The translations under genes and the position numbers were made by a program. The notes beneath the pieces are model-generated. The model ran no database searches. It worked only from the letters and a program-made list of their open reading frames with translations, and was not told the DNA's origin. From the NCBI RefSeq assembly GCF_005696695.1, contig NZ_CP040006.1:300001-332000 (forward strand): 32,000 nucleotides of DNA, read 5' to 3'. This document shows positions 9,601-18,912 of this stretch, piece by piece (within the stretch, counting starts at the first letter, position 1; every line of letters begins with the position of its first letter). This DNA is from Schaalia odontolytica (GTDB taxonomy: Bacteria; Actinomycetota; Actinomycetes; Actinomycetales; Actinomycetaceae).

Positions 9601-9892
9601 TCAGCTGCGTGCAGTGTCTCTTGTGGGGCTAGCTGCATGGAATCTGCGTGTGGCCACAGAGCATGGTTTCTCCCCAATCTCGCACGTAATTCCCATGGCA
9701 ACCTTTCATGCATTGAAAAATGCTCGTTGGAATTGCAACGTTTATGGGCTGTCTCGAAAAGTGACCGAGGGGAACTACGTGCGACTTTTGGGTGAGGCTC
9801 TCAGAGAGACATGCCGATAGTTCATGCCGTGCCTCGGCCTCGGCCTCGCGCCTGGCCCGCCGCCGTGCCCCGGCCTCGTGCCGCACAGGCCC

Positions 9893-9986
9893 CGTGACCC
9901 GACCCCGGCCCTGCGTCGACGAGGCCCCGTGACCCGACCCCGGCCCTGCGTCGACGAGGCACCGTGACCCGACCCCGGCCCTGCGC
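9893..9986. repeat. 35-bp tandem repeat, 2.7 copies (CGTGACCCGACCCCGGCCCTGCGTCGACGAGGCCC)
   Basis: Unit starts at 9893, 9928 and 9963. Copies 1 and 2 differ at 1 position. Lies in the clpC upstream region. Confidence 0.85.
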
Positions 9987-10100
9987 CCAGGGCGAAAGCG
10001 CGCGCACGCCGCCCCTGCTTTCCGTAGGCTGTAACCAGTCAACTGGGACGGGTGTACGCCGTGCTCGGCGAAGTGCCTGTCCTGTGAAACGAGGAGAGGC

Positions 10101-12569
10101 ATGTTCGAACGCTTTACCGACCGCGCTCGCCGGGTCGTCGTGCTCGCGCAGGACGAGGCTCGCGGTCTCAAGCACAACTACATCGGCACGGAGCACCTGC
10201 TGCTCGGCCTGATCTCCGAGGGTGAAGGCGTCGCCGCCAAGGCCCTGGAGACCATGGAGATCAAGGGCGAGGCCGTGCGCGCCTCCGTCATCGAGATCAT
10301 CGGCGAGGGAGAGAAGCCGGTCGAGGGCCACATTCCCTTCACCCCGCGCGCCAAGCGCGTCTTCGAGCTGAGCCTGCGCGAGGCCCTGCAGCTGGGCCAC
10401 AACTACATCGGCACGGAGCACCTGCTGCTTGGCCTCCTCAAGGAGGGCGAGGGCGTGGCCGCCCAGGTCCTGACCAAGCAGGGCGCGGACCTGGCGCAGG
10501 TGCGACAGACCGTCATCCAGATGCTCAGCGGCTACCAGCGCGGCGACGACGAGGGTCGCGAGTCAGTCGGCGCGGGTGTGGGCGGCTCGGGTGGTCCCGA
10601 GCGCTCCAACTCCGCGATCCTCGAGCAGTTCGGCCGCAACCTGACGCAGGCCGCGCGCGAGAACAAGCTGGACCCCGTGATCGGCCGCCGCGTCGAGATG
10701 GAGCGCGTCATGCAGGTCCTCTCGCGCCGCACGAAGAACAACCCGGTGCTGATCGGTGAGCCCGGCGTCGGTAAGACCGCGGTCGTCGAGGGCCTCGCTC
10801 AGGCGATCGTGCACGGCGACGTGCCCGAGACGATCAAGGACAAGCAGATCTACAGCCTCGACATGGGGTCGCTGGTCGCCGGCTCGCGCTACCGTGGCGA
10901 CTTCGAGGAGCGCCTGAAGAAGGTCCTCAAGGAGATCCGCACGCGCGGCGACATCATCCTGTTCATCGACGAGATCCACACCCTCGTGGGTGCGGGTGCC
11001 GCCGAGGGCTCGATCGACGCAGCCCAGATGCTCAAGCCCATGCTGGCGCGCGGCGAGCTCCAGACGATCGGCGCCACCACGAACGACGAGTATCGCAAGT
11101 ACATCGAGAAGGACGCGGCCCTCGAGCGCCGCTTCCAGCCGGTGAAGGTCGAGGAGCCCAGCGTCGACGAGACGGTGGAGATCCTCAAGGGCCTGCGCGA
11201 CCGCTACGAGGCGCACCACCGCGTCATCATCACGGACGCTGCGATCCAGGCTGCCGCCGAGCTGGCGGACCGCTACATTTCGGATCGTTTCCTCCCCGAC
11301 AAGGCCATCGACCTGGTCGACGAGGCCGGCGCGCGCTTGCGCATCCGCCGCATGACCGCTCCGCCCGAGCTGCGCGAGCTGGACGAGAAGATCGCCGAGG
11401 TGCGCCGCAACAAGGAGGCGGCCATCGACGATCAGGACTTCGAGAAGGCCGCGTCGCTGCGCGATGAGGAGTCGAAGCTCTCCGAGGAGCGCAAGGCGAA
11501 GGAAGAGGCCTGGAAGGGCGGCGAGTCCGACGAGATCGCCGAGGTCGGGGATCAGGAGATCGCCGAGGTCCTGGCCATGTCGACCGGTATCCCGGTCGTG
11601 CGCCTCACCCAGACCGAGACCGCGAAGCTGCTCAAGATGGAAGACGAGCTGCACAAGCGCGTCATCGGCCAGGACGAGGCCGTCAAGGCTCTCGCTCAGT
11701 CGATCCGTCGTACGCGCTCGGGTCTGAAGGATCCGAACCGTCCCGGTGGCTCGTTCATCTTCGCCGGCCCGACCGGCGTGGGTAAGACCGAGCTGGCGAA
11801 GGCCCTCGCGGAGTTCCTCTTCGGCGACGAGGATGCCCTCATTCAGCTGGATATGTCCGAGTTCTCGGAGAAGCACACGGCCTCGCGCCTCTTTGGTGCT
11901 CCTCCCGGCTACGTCGGCTACGACGAGGGTGGTCAGCTCACGGAGAAGGTCCGCCGCAAGCCGTTCTCGGTCGTCCTCTTCGACGAGGTCGAGAAGGCTC
12001 ACCCGGACATCTTCAACTCGCTGCTCCAGATCCTCGAAGAGGGTCGCCTGACGGACTCGCAGGGCCGCAAGGTGGACTTCAAGAACACCGTCATCATCAT
12101 GACGACGAACCTGGGTACCCGCGACATCAACAAGGGTGTCCTCACGGGCTTCCAGACCGCGGACAACTCGACGCACGACTACGGCCGCATGAAGGCGAAG
12201 GTCGCGGAGGAGCTCAAGCAGCACTTCCGTCCCGAGTTCCTCAACCGTGTCGACGACACGATCGTGTTCCCGCCGCTGACCAAGCCCGAGATTGCGCGCA
12301 TCGTCGACCTGATGATCGCCAAGCTGGCCAAGCGTATGGAGGCTCAGGACATGCGCCTGCAGCTGACGGACGAGGCTCGCGAGCTGCTCGCGGACGTGGG
12401 CTTCGACCCGGTCCTGGGTGCGCGCCCGCTGCGTCGTGCGATCCAGCGTGAGATCGAGGATGCGCTGTCTGAGCGCATCCTGTTCGGAGAACTGCAACCC
12501 GGTCAGGTTGTTACCGTTGGCGTCACCGGAGAGGGTAAGGACCGCAAGTTCACCTTCAACGGAGAGTGA
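10101..12569 (+). CDS. clpC: ATP-dependent Clp protease ATP-binding subunit ClpC (ClpC1-type)
   Basis: Duplicated Clp_N repeats ([13 protein letters not shown] twice), two AAA+ modules ([16 protein letters not shown] and [19 protein letters not shown]), UVR-like linker ([12 protein letters not shown]), GARPLRR sensor motif. GAGGAGAGG RBS. Confidence 0.97.
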   Translation: MFERFTDRARRVVVLAQDEARGLKHNYIGTEHLLLGLISEGEGVAAKALETMEIKGEAVRASVIEIIGEGEKPVEGHIPFTPRAKRVFELSLREALQLGHNYIGTEHLLLGLLKEGEGVAAQVLTKQGADLAQVRQTVIQMLSGYQRGDDEGRESVGAGVGGSGGPERSNSAILEQFGRNLTQAARENKLDPVIGRRVEMERVMQVLSRRTKNNPVLIGEPGVGKTAVVEGLAQAIVHGDVPETIKDKQIYSLDMGSLVAGSRYRGDFEERLKKVLKEIRTRGDIILFIDEIHTLVGAGAAEGSIDAAQMLKPMLARGELQTIGATTNDEYRKYIEKDAALERRFQPVKVEEPSVDETVEILKGLRDRYEAHHRVIITDAAIQAAAELADRYISDRFLPDKAIDLVDEAGARLRIRRMTAPPELRELDEKIAEVRRNKEAAIDDQDFEKAASLRDEESKLSEERKAKEEAWKGGESDEIAEVGDQEIAEVLAMSTGIPVVRLTQTETAKLLKMEDELHKRVIGQDEAVKALAQSIRRTRSGLKDPNRPGGSFIFAGPTGVGKTELAKALAEFLFGDEDALIQLDMSEFSEKHTASRLFGAPPGYVGYDEGGQLTEKVRRKPFSVVLFDEVEKAHPDIFNSLLQILEEGRLTDSQGRKVDFKNTVIIMTTNLGTRDINKGVLTGFQTADNSTHDYGRMKAKVAEELKQHFRPEFLNRVDDTIVFPPLTKPEIARIVDLMIAKLAKRMEAQDMRLQLTDEARELLADVGFDPVLGARPLRRAIQREIEDALSERILFGELQPGQVVTVGVTGEGKDRKFTFNGE

Positions 12570-12611
12570 TTTACTCGCCAATTATCTGCGGCTGACAAAC
12601 CAGTCGCTTCG

Positions 12612-12648
12612 AGAGGGCGGCCCGTCGTACTGCGACGGGCCGCCCTCT
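12612..12648 (+). terminator. Terminator hairpin downstream of clpC
   Basis: Perfect 16-bp stem AGAGGGCGGCCCGTCG / CGACGGGCCGCCCTCT with a 5-nt loop, 43 nt after the clpC stop. Confidence 0.75.
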
Positions 12649-12650
12649 AG

Positions 12651-12679
12651 TTGTCAAGTAATCGCACATCTGATAGATT
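12651..12679 (+). promoter_or_regulatory. Candidate sigma70/SigA-type promoter for the giant-protein operon: TTGTCA, 17-nt spacer, TAGATT
   Basis: -35 at 12651-12656 and -10 at 12674-12679 with a 17-nt spacer, in a locally AT-rich stretch just after the clpC terminator and about 77 nt upstream of ATG 12756. Motif match only; no expression data. Confidence 0.45.
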
Positions 12680-12755
12680 CTCGTTAACTATTAGTATGCG
12701 GTGTAGTCGTGCCACACTATTTCTGGGGTATTGCTCACCGATCGAGAGAGGCCAT

Positions 12756-14630
12756 ATGTCCGCGAAAACGCGACACAATCGGATCAGTGCGAGGCGCCGT
12801 CTGCCGGCGTTCATCCTCGTGCTGCTCGTTGTTGCGCTCTGCGTCGCGGGTGTCATCTACAAGGGCGCCGAGGTGACCCAGGTCAACGTCAATGACGGCG
12901 GCATCTGGGTGACCAACAAGTCCAAGCAGATGGTTGGCCACCTCGACTACGAGGCCCGTATCCTCGACGGCGCGCTGCGCACCGAGGCCACCAACTTCGA
13001 CGTCGGCCAGGCGGGGGAGACCGTCACCGTCTCCGACCTCACCTCTTCGACGGTTGCGCCCGTCAACGTCACCCAGGTTTCCCTCGGCTCTCCGACGGCC
13101 CTGCCCGCGGGTTCCGCGGTCATGCAGGGCGGCGATGTCCTCGGCGTCCTCAATGGCTCCGACGGCACCCTCTGGACGACCTCCGCCGTGAACCCCAGCC
13201 CCTTGAACCTTTCCGAGGGGGCGGCCATCTCCTCGAACATGGGCGCCAGCGCCTTCGTGACCGGTTTGGACGGCTCCGTCTACACTCTTGCCGCCTCGGG
13301 CACGCTGACGACCGTCAAGCGTCAGGGCGCGGTCGATCAGGCCCAGACCTCGACCGTTGAGGGCATCCCCGCGGACGCGCGACTGAGCATGACCGTCGTC
13401 GGCGACCAGGTCGTCGCCCTCGACGGCGAGTCCAACACGCTCTTCCTGCCCGACAACAAGCGGATCGATCTGAGCGCTGCCGGCGTCGAGACCGGCGGCG
13501 TCCTCCAGCAGGCCGGCCCCAAGGCCGATTTTGTCCTGCTCGCCACGCCCACCTCGCTGGTGACGATCCCGCTGGCGGGCGGCGCCCCGACGATCACGGC
13601 CTCCACCGAGGGCGGCGTCAGCGGCACCCCGGCCGCTCCCGTGCGTCACGAAGGCTGCGCGTATGGCGCGTGGACCGGAAGCGGCGCGTACATGCGCGCC
13701 TGCGACGATCCTTCGGCGAACAAGCAGATGGTCGTCGATACGCTGACGACCGCGCGTGAGATCGTGTTCCGCACGAACCGCAAGGCCATCGTCCTCAACG
13801 ACGTCGCCGAGGGCAGCGTGTGGCTGCCCGACTCGAACATGGTCCTCATGGACAACTGGGACGAGGTTGAAAACGAGCTCGAGGAAAACGAGGACGAGCA
13901 GGACAGCCCCGAGCTGACGAACGAGGTCGCGGACCCGCAGCAGCGCGAGGAAAACACCCCGCCCGAGGCCGAGGACGACGAGTTCGGCATTCGCCCGGGA
14001 CGCTCGACCATCCTGCCCGTCCTCGACAACGACTCCGATCTCGACGGCGACGTGCTGACCGCAGCGCCGGTCAAGCAGCCCGAGTGGGGCGTCGTGACCG
14101 TCGCGCGCGGCGGACGAGCCCTGCAGATCAGCGGAGTGTCGGCCTCGCAGGTCGGCTCGACGACGTTTACCTACGCGGCTTCCGACGGCCAGGCTTCGGC
14201 CGAGGCCAACGTGCGCGTCACCATTCACCCCTTCGATCAGAACGAGGGGCCTGCGCAGCTGCGCGTCCCGACCGTCAAGATCGGCGCGGGCGCCCAGATC
14301 CAGTACGAGGCTCTGAGCGATTGGCGCGATCCCGACGGCGACCCGATCTACCTGAAGAACGCCGAGGCCCCCGAGGGGCTGAAGGTCTCCTTCACCGAGG
14401 ACGGCTCCGTCACCATTAACGAGGAGGGCGGCGCAGCCGGCCCGAAGTCCATCGTTCTCACGGTCGCCGACGACCAGGGCGCGGAGACCCGCGGTGAGCT
14501 GATCGTCGACGTTCAGGAGGCCGGAAACCTGCCGCCGTCGGCGAACGGCGACCTGTTCCAGGCGCATCCGGCGAGACCGTCACGCTCGACCCTCTCAAGA
14601 ATGACACCGACCCCAACGGTGACCAGCTGA
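12756..14630 (+). CDS. Giant surface protein, N-terminal reading-frame segment: signal-anchor TM, about 380-aa non-repeat head, acidic linker and the first cadherin/Ig-like repeats. Terminates prematurely after an apparent frameshift near 14568-14572.
   Basis: ATG 12756 with a GAGAGAGG RBS. MSAKTRHNRISARRRLPAFILVLLVVALCVAGVIY is an N-terminal anchor. The repeats carry the V..VLDNDSDLDGD motif. The last 20 codons (PARPSRSTLSRMTPTPTVTS) look out of frame. Confidence 0.8.
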   Translation: MSAKTRHNRISARRRLPAFILVLLVVALCVAGVIYKGAEVTQVNVNDGGIWVTNKSKQMVGHLDYEARILDGALRTEATNFDVGQAGETVTVSDLTSSTVAPVNVTQVSLGSPTALPAGSAVMQGGDVLGVLNGSDGTLWTTSAVNPSPLNLSEGAAISSNMGASAFVTGLDGSVYTLAASGTLTTVKRQGAVDQAQTSTVEGIPADARLSMTVVGDQVVALDGESNTLFLPDNKRIDLSAAGVETGGVLQQAGPKADFVLLATPTSLVTIPLAGGAPTITASTEGGVSGTPAAPVRHEGCAYGAWTGSGAYMRACDDPSANKQMVVDTLTTAREIVFRTNRKAIVLNDVAEGSVWLPDSNMVLMDNWDEVENELEENEDEQDSPELTNEVADPQQREENTPPEAEDDEFGIRPGRSTILPVLDNDSDLDGDVLTAAPVKQPEWGVVTVARGGRALQISGVSASQVGSTTFTYAASDGQASAEANVRVTIHPFDQNEGPAQLRVPTVKIGAGAQIQYEALSDWRDPDGDPIYLKNAEAPEGLKVSFTEDGSVTINEEGGAAGPKSIVLTVADDQGAETRGELIVDVQEAGNLPPSANGDLFQAHPARPSRSTLSRMTPTPTVTS

Positions 14631-14743
14631 CCCTGGCGGCCGTCTCCGGTGCGCCCGCCGGCGCCTCGATCCAGCCCGACCTGGATCACGGAACCATCGA
14701 CTTTAGGGCGACCGAGCCGGGCTCCTACTCCTTCGCCTACACC

Positions 14744-17700
14744 GTGTCCGACGGCATTGCGACGACCCTGGGCATTATCCGCGTCGAGGTCATGGCGCCC
14801 TCGAGCGAGCCCCCCGTCGCCGAAAATGACACGGCGGTCCTGCCGCAGGGTGGCTCCGTCCTCGTCGCGCCCCTGAACAACGACTACGACCCCTCCGGCG
14901 GCCTGCTGTCGATCGTCTCCGTGGATGCCTCGAACACCCCCGAGATCGAAGTTGCCCTCATCGATCGTCACCTGCTGCGCGTCACCGCGCCCGCTGGCCT
15001 GGACCGCACGGTGCAGTTCAGCTACACCGTGTCCAACGGCGTCGGCGAGGCCACGGCCGACGTGATGGTCATCCCCGGAGCGGCGGACCGCTCGGACCTG
15101 CCGCCCATCCTCAAGCCCGACCACGTCAAGGTGCGCGTCGGTGACGTGGGTACCGTGTCGGTCCTGGCGAACGATCGCTCGCCCGCAGGCCTGAACCTGC
15201 AGGTCGAGTCGACCCTCGAATACGACCAGGGTTCCGCGCTGGGAACCCCCTTCGTCACGGGCAACCAGGTGCGCCTTGAGGCTGGGCAGACCCCCGGCCT
15301 CATGGACGTGACCTACTCGGTCATCGACTCCGCGGGCAACCGCGCCTCGAGCACCGTCACCTTCGAGGTGATGGGTGCCTCCGATCAGAACCAGGAGCCG
15401 CGTCCTCGCGACATCACCGCCTGGGCGGCCGCGGGGCAGACCACCCGTATCGCAGTGCCCCTGGACGGCATCGACCCCGACGGTGACTCCGTGACCCTCA
15501 GCGGTCTCGGCTCGTCCCCGCAGCTGGGTAACGCGACCGTCGGCCCGACGTGGATCGACTACACGCCGAACCAGAACGCCTCGGGCACCGACTCCTTCAC
15601 CTACACGGTCGAGGACCGCCAGGGCGGACATGCTTCCGCTCGCGTGCGCGTCGCAATCTCGGCCGCGCCCACGCTGAACCAGAACCCGGTCGCCGTCCCC
15701 GACACGGTCCTGACCCGCCCGGACCGCATGGTGACCGTCAACGTCCTGTCGAACGACGTGGACCCCGACGGCGATCCGCTCGCGCTGGAGGAGGGCAGCC
15801 TCGAGACGGCCACGCCCGAGCTCGACCCGCAGGCTCTGTCCTCCTCGACCATCCAGGTGCACACGCCCTCGCAGGCCGGCACCTACCTCGTGTCCTACGC
15901 GGTGAGCGACGGCCGCGGTGGCTCCGCCCGAGGCACTGTCACCGTTTATGTGCAGGACGACGCACCGCTGAAGGCTCCCATCGCCCGCGATGATTTCGTG
16001 TCCTACGAGGAGCTGCCTACCGACGGCTCGGCCGTGCGCGTGAAGGTCCTCGATAACGACGAGGATCCCGACGGCAGCATCAACGAGCTGACCGTCACGA
16101 GCGCCGAATCCGGCGTGACCGTGGAGGGCTCCGACGTGCTCATCCCGGTGACGGACAGCATGCGCCTGGTCGTCTACACGATTACGGACCGTGACGGCCT
16201 GACCAACTCCGCCGTCGTGACCGTGCCCGGCCGCGACACGACCGCGCCCTTCCTCAACACCGCGGGCCTGCCCATCGAGATGGATGCGGGCACCTCGCGC
16301 ACGATCAACCTGTCGGATTACGTGGTGACGCGCTCGGGCCGCAGCCCGCGCCTCGTGGACGACTCCTCGCCGGTCGCGCAGACCGGCCTGGACTCGGTCG
16401 TCGCCGACTCGTCGACGCAGCTGACGCTGACCGCGAATGCCTCCTTCGGCGGCAACTCGGCGTTCCTCATCCAGGTCGCGGACGGCGACGCCTCCGACTC
16501 GGGCACGCTCACCGCGTCCCTGTCGCTGCCCGTGCGCATCAAGGCGACCCAGAACCAGCCGCCCACCTTCGCCCCGACCGCGATCCGCGTCGAGGCCGGC
16601 GGCGCCGCCGTCACGCAGGATCTCAGGCTCGGCGTGCGCGACCCCGAGGGCACGGACGTCTCGACCTTCACCTACGCGATGGGCTCGGCCCCCGACACGA
16701 TCTCCGCGTCGCTGTCGGGCACCGTCCTGACCGTGTCGGCGCCCGAGAACGCCCCCGCCGGCTCCGCCGGTGCCATCGCCGTGAGCGTCACGGATGAGCA
16801 GGGCAACACCGTCAACGGCTCGATCCCCGTCGAGGTCGTCGGCACCACGAAGCCACGCATCCAGCTCCCGGCATACTCGCGGCAGACCTCGGTGAACAAC
16901 CCCGTGAGCATCGACGTGGCCTCGGAGGCGATCAACCCCTTCCCGGACACGCCGATCTCCCTTGAGGGCGCCGCCATCTCACTCGGGGATGCGACCACGT
17001 CGACCTCCGGCACGGTTGTGACTATCACCCCGAAGTCGGCGGGTACCATCTCCGTCGCCTACCGCGTGAACGACAAGCTCAAGGACCCCTCACGCGTCGT
17101 CCAGGGCACCATCACGGTCACCGTGAAGGGCCCGCCCGACGCGCCCACCGGCGTGGTGGCCCGGGCCAAGGGCCCGACGGGCGCCACCGTGTCCTTCCAT
17201 GCTCCGGCCTCCAACGGCGAACGCATCACCGAATACCGCATCTTCAACGGTAACGACCAGGTTGCGACCTGCACCGAGACCGTGTGCGAGGTGAACGGCC
17301 TGACGACTGGCCGCAGCTACACCTTCACCGTGAAGGCGGTGAATGCCTCCGGCGAGTCTGAAGGCGCGACGTCGAACTCCGTGACCCCCTCCGGCGTCCC
17401 GGATCGCCCGGGCGGCCCGACCGTCACTGCCGGTGACGGCGAACTCGCGGTGCGGTGGGATGCGCCCAACAACAACGGGTCGCGCATCACCTCGTACACC
17501 GTGTACGCGACGACCGCGGGTTCTGTGGCGAGCAGCTGCACGACCAACGGCGAGCAGACGTGCACCATCAAGGGCCTCAAGAATGGCCAGCCGTATGTCG
17601 TCACGGTTGTCGCCACGAATGCGAACGGCAATTCCCAGGCGTCCCCGGGCGTGACGGGCACCCCGAAGGCCACGATCCAGCCCCCGGACAAGCCCGTTAT

Positions 17701-18880
17701 CTCGAAGGCCGAGCCCAAGCAGGTCGGTCAATCCATGGTCCTCGACCTGTCGTGGGTCCTGGGCAAGTCCGGCTCCAGCGGCTGGGGAACGACGACCATT
17801 CAGGTCGGCAGTGAGCCTGTAACGGTCGCGGGTGGTTCGACGTATCGCCAGGTTTCCGTGACTCCGGGCACTACCGTCAACGTGACCGTGACCGTGACCA
17901 ACCTGCAGGGCGAGAGCGCGATATCCGACACGCGTACCGTCACTATTCCCGCCCTCACGCCCGTGCGCGAGCCCAAGGGGGAAGTGCCGAGACCGGACGC
18001 CCCCGGCCTGCACACCCCTCCGGATAACTCCGTGGGTAACATCCAGGTGTCGAATGCTCGACTGCGTGAAGGAAACGGCTACAAGGCCGCCGACCTGAAG
18101 CTCTTCTACGGAGATACCCCGGAGAAGTGCAAGGCGCCCGGTAACCTCGTGAACTTCAACAACGGAGACCGCGCCGACTTCAATATCGGCCCGCTCACCC
18201 CGGGCGCCACGGTGACCTACTACTTCTGCCAGCAGGGCCAGAAGGACGACGGCTCGTACGCCTGGAGTGAAACCGTGGCGGTCACGGGCGTCGTAGGCAA
18301 CGGCCAACGCAGCCGTGATGACGATGACCCCATCCCGACCTTCGAGGTCCAAGCAACCGCGTCCTACGTCCAGAAGAATCGATCCTGGGGTGTGGCTGCT
18401 TCGTGGTCCAATCCGAGCGGAGTGGAGATCACGCAGACCAATACCTGGATCGAGGGACTGAAAGACTCGACCAAGCAGAGTTGGACAGGCCCGCTCACCA
18501 ACTGGTGGGCCGAGGACCTGGCGCCCGGCCACGAGTACACGATCGTCGTCGAGGTCATCGGAAACAACGGTCAGCACCGCGAGGTGAGGACCACCGTGAA
18601 GACCGGAGACTTGGCCGATAACGTGAAGGCAACCTTCGAAGATGCGGTCACCTGCCCGAATGGGCAGCCGTGCGGCTCGATGACGCTGCGTGCCGTCAAC
18701 GCCTCGAACTATTCGTCCGGCGTGACGCTCGTGTGCCGCGTGAAGACCGGACGCCCCTCAGCGATCACCGAGTTCCGTTTCTCGCGGGATAACCCTCAGA
18801 TTACGGGTATCCTGACCGAGGCCACGACGGGACCAGAGCTTCTCGCGAAGCCCCCCGTCGTCGACTGTCGCGCTGAATAG
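14744..18880 (+). CDS. Giant surface protein, C-terminal reading-frame segment: the remaining cadherin/Ig-like 95-aa repeats, 3 clear plus 2 probable FN3 modules, and a Cys-containing terminal domain. The frame is open from 14498, and the repeat sequence continues in this frame from about 14570.
   Basis: The frame-2 translation from 14570 reads GETVTLDPLKNDTDPNGDQLTLAAVSG..., continuing repeat 3 begun in the upstream frame. Recurrent motifs are P.A..D...V..VL.ND.DPDGD and ..Y.V.D..G. FN3 modules show the pattern PDAPTGV...ITEYRI...GLTTGRSYTFTVKAVNASGES. No LPXTG motif or C-terminal TM. The 14744 GTG is only the first start codon in the open frame, probably not a real initiation site. Confidence 0.8.
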   Translation: MSDGIATTLGIIRVEVMAPSSEPPVAENDTAVLPQGGSVLVAPLNNDYDPSGGLLSIVSVDASNTPEIEVALIDRHLLRVTAPAGLDRTVQFSYTVSNGVGEATADVMVIPGAADRSDLPPILKPDHVKVRVGDVGTVSVLANDRSPAGLNLQVESTLEYDQGSALGTPFVTGNQVRLEAGQTPGLMDVTYSVIDSAGNRASSTVTFEVMGASDQNQEPRPRDITAWAAAGQTTRIAVPLDGIDPDGDSVTLSGLGSSPQLGNATVGPTWIDYTPNQNASGTDSFTYTVEDRQGGHASARVRVAISAAPTLNQNPVAVPDTVLTRPDRMVTVNVLSNDVDPDGDPLALEEGSLETATPELDPQALSSSTIQVHTPSQAGTYLVSYAVSDGRGGSARGTVTVYVQDDAPLKAPIARDDFVSYEELPTDGSAVRVKVLDNDEDPDGSINELTVTSAESGVTVEGSDVLIPVTDSMRLVVYTITDRDGLTNSAVVTVPGRDTTAPFLNTAGLPIEMDAGTSRTINLSDYVVTRSGRSPRLVDDSSPVAQTGLDSVVADSSTQLTLTANASFGGNSAFLIQVADGDASDSGTLTASLSLPVRIKATQNQPPTFAPTAIRVEAGGAAVTQDLRLGVRDPEGTDVSTFTYAMGSAPDTISASLSGTVLTVSAPENAPAGSAGAIAVSVTDEQGNTVNGSIPVEVVGTTKPRIQLPAYSRQTSVNNPVSIDVASEAINPFPDTPISLEGAAISLGDATTSTSGTVVTITPKSAGTISVAYRVNDKLKDPSRVVQGTITVTVKGPPDAPTGVVARAKGPTGATVSFHAPASNGERITEYRIFNGNDQVATCTETVCEVNGLTTGRSYTFTVKAVNASGESEGATSNSVTPSGVPDRPGGPTVTAGDGELAVRWDAPNNNGSRITSYTVYATTAGSVASSCTTNGEQTCTIKGLKNGQPYVVTVVATNANGNSQASPGVTGTPKATIQPPDKPVISKAEPKQVGQSMVLDLSWVLGKSGSSGWGTTTIQVGSEPVTVAGGSTYRQVSVTPGTTVNVTVTVTNLQGESAISDTRTVTIPALTPVREPKGEVPRPDAPGLHTPPDNSVGNIQVSNARLREGNGYKAADLKLFYGDTPEKCKAPGNLVNFNNGDRADFNIGPLTPGATVTYYFCQQGQKDDGSYAWSETVAVTGVVGNGQRSRDDDDPIPTFEVQATASYVQKNRSWGVAASWSNPSGVEITQTNTWIEGLKDSTKQSWTGPLTNWWAEDLAPGHEYTIVVEVIGNNGQHREVRTTVKTGDLADNVKATFEDAVTCPNGQPCGSMTLRAVNASNYSSGVTLVCRVKTGRPSAITEFRFSRDNPQITGILTEATTGPELLAKPPVVDCRAE

Positions 18881-18912
18881 ACCACCCCCCGCCACACAAC
18901 AAAGGTAGAAAC

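Noticed and set aside
9590-9620. ClgR-type operator (CGC-N5-GCG-like) upstream of clpC
   Set aside because: The only candidate, CGCTCAGCTGCG, has N6 spacing and lies about 490 nt from the start codon. I cannot support a call without a position weight matrix scan.
9587-9820. 77-aa plus-strand ORF in the clpC upstream region
   Set aside because: It sits in a low-GC stretch with no RBS and no codon bias like the neighbours. The sequence (MHRCAQLRAVSLVGLAAWNLRV...) has no recognisable features, and the region is more likely regulatory or UTR DNA.
10563-12581. 672-aa minus-strand ORF antisense to clpC
   Set aside because: clpC on the plus strand has complete canonical motifs. The antisense translation is low-complexity (L/R/D/A/V-rich) shadow.
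14540-14580. Programmed -1 ribosomal frameshift in the giant gene
   Set aside because: There is no slippery heptamer (X XXY YYZ) and no obvious downstream pseudoknot or hairpin at the shift site. A simple 1-nt indel in a CC/GG run is the more economical explanation.
12735-18577. Several long minus-strand ORFs (12735-14567, 14513-15862, 17090-18577) opposite the giant gene
   Set aside because: Shadow ORFs. The plus strand shows a clear periodic domain-repeat structure, and the minus translations are Arg/Gly/Asp-rich nonsense.
18700-18880. Sortase LPXTG or C-terminal anchor on the giant protein
   Set aside because: The C-terminus (...LLAKPPVVDCRAE) has no LPXTG-like motif, hydrophobic stretch or basic tail.
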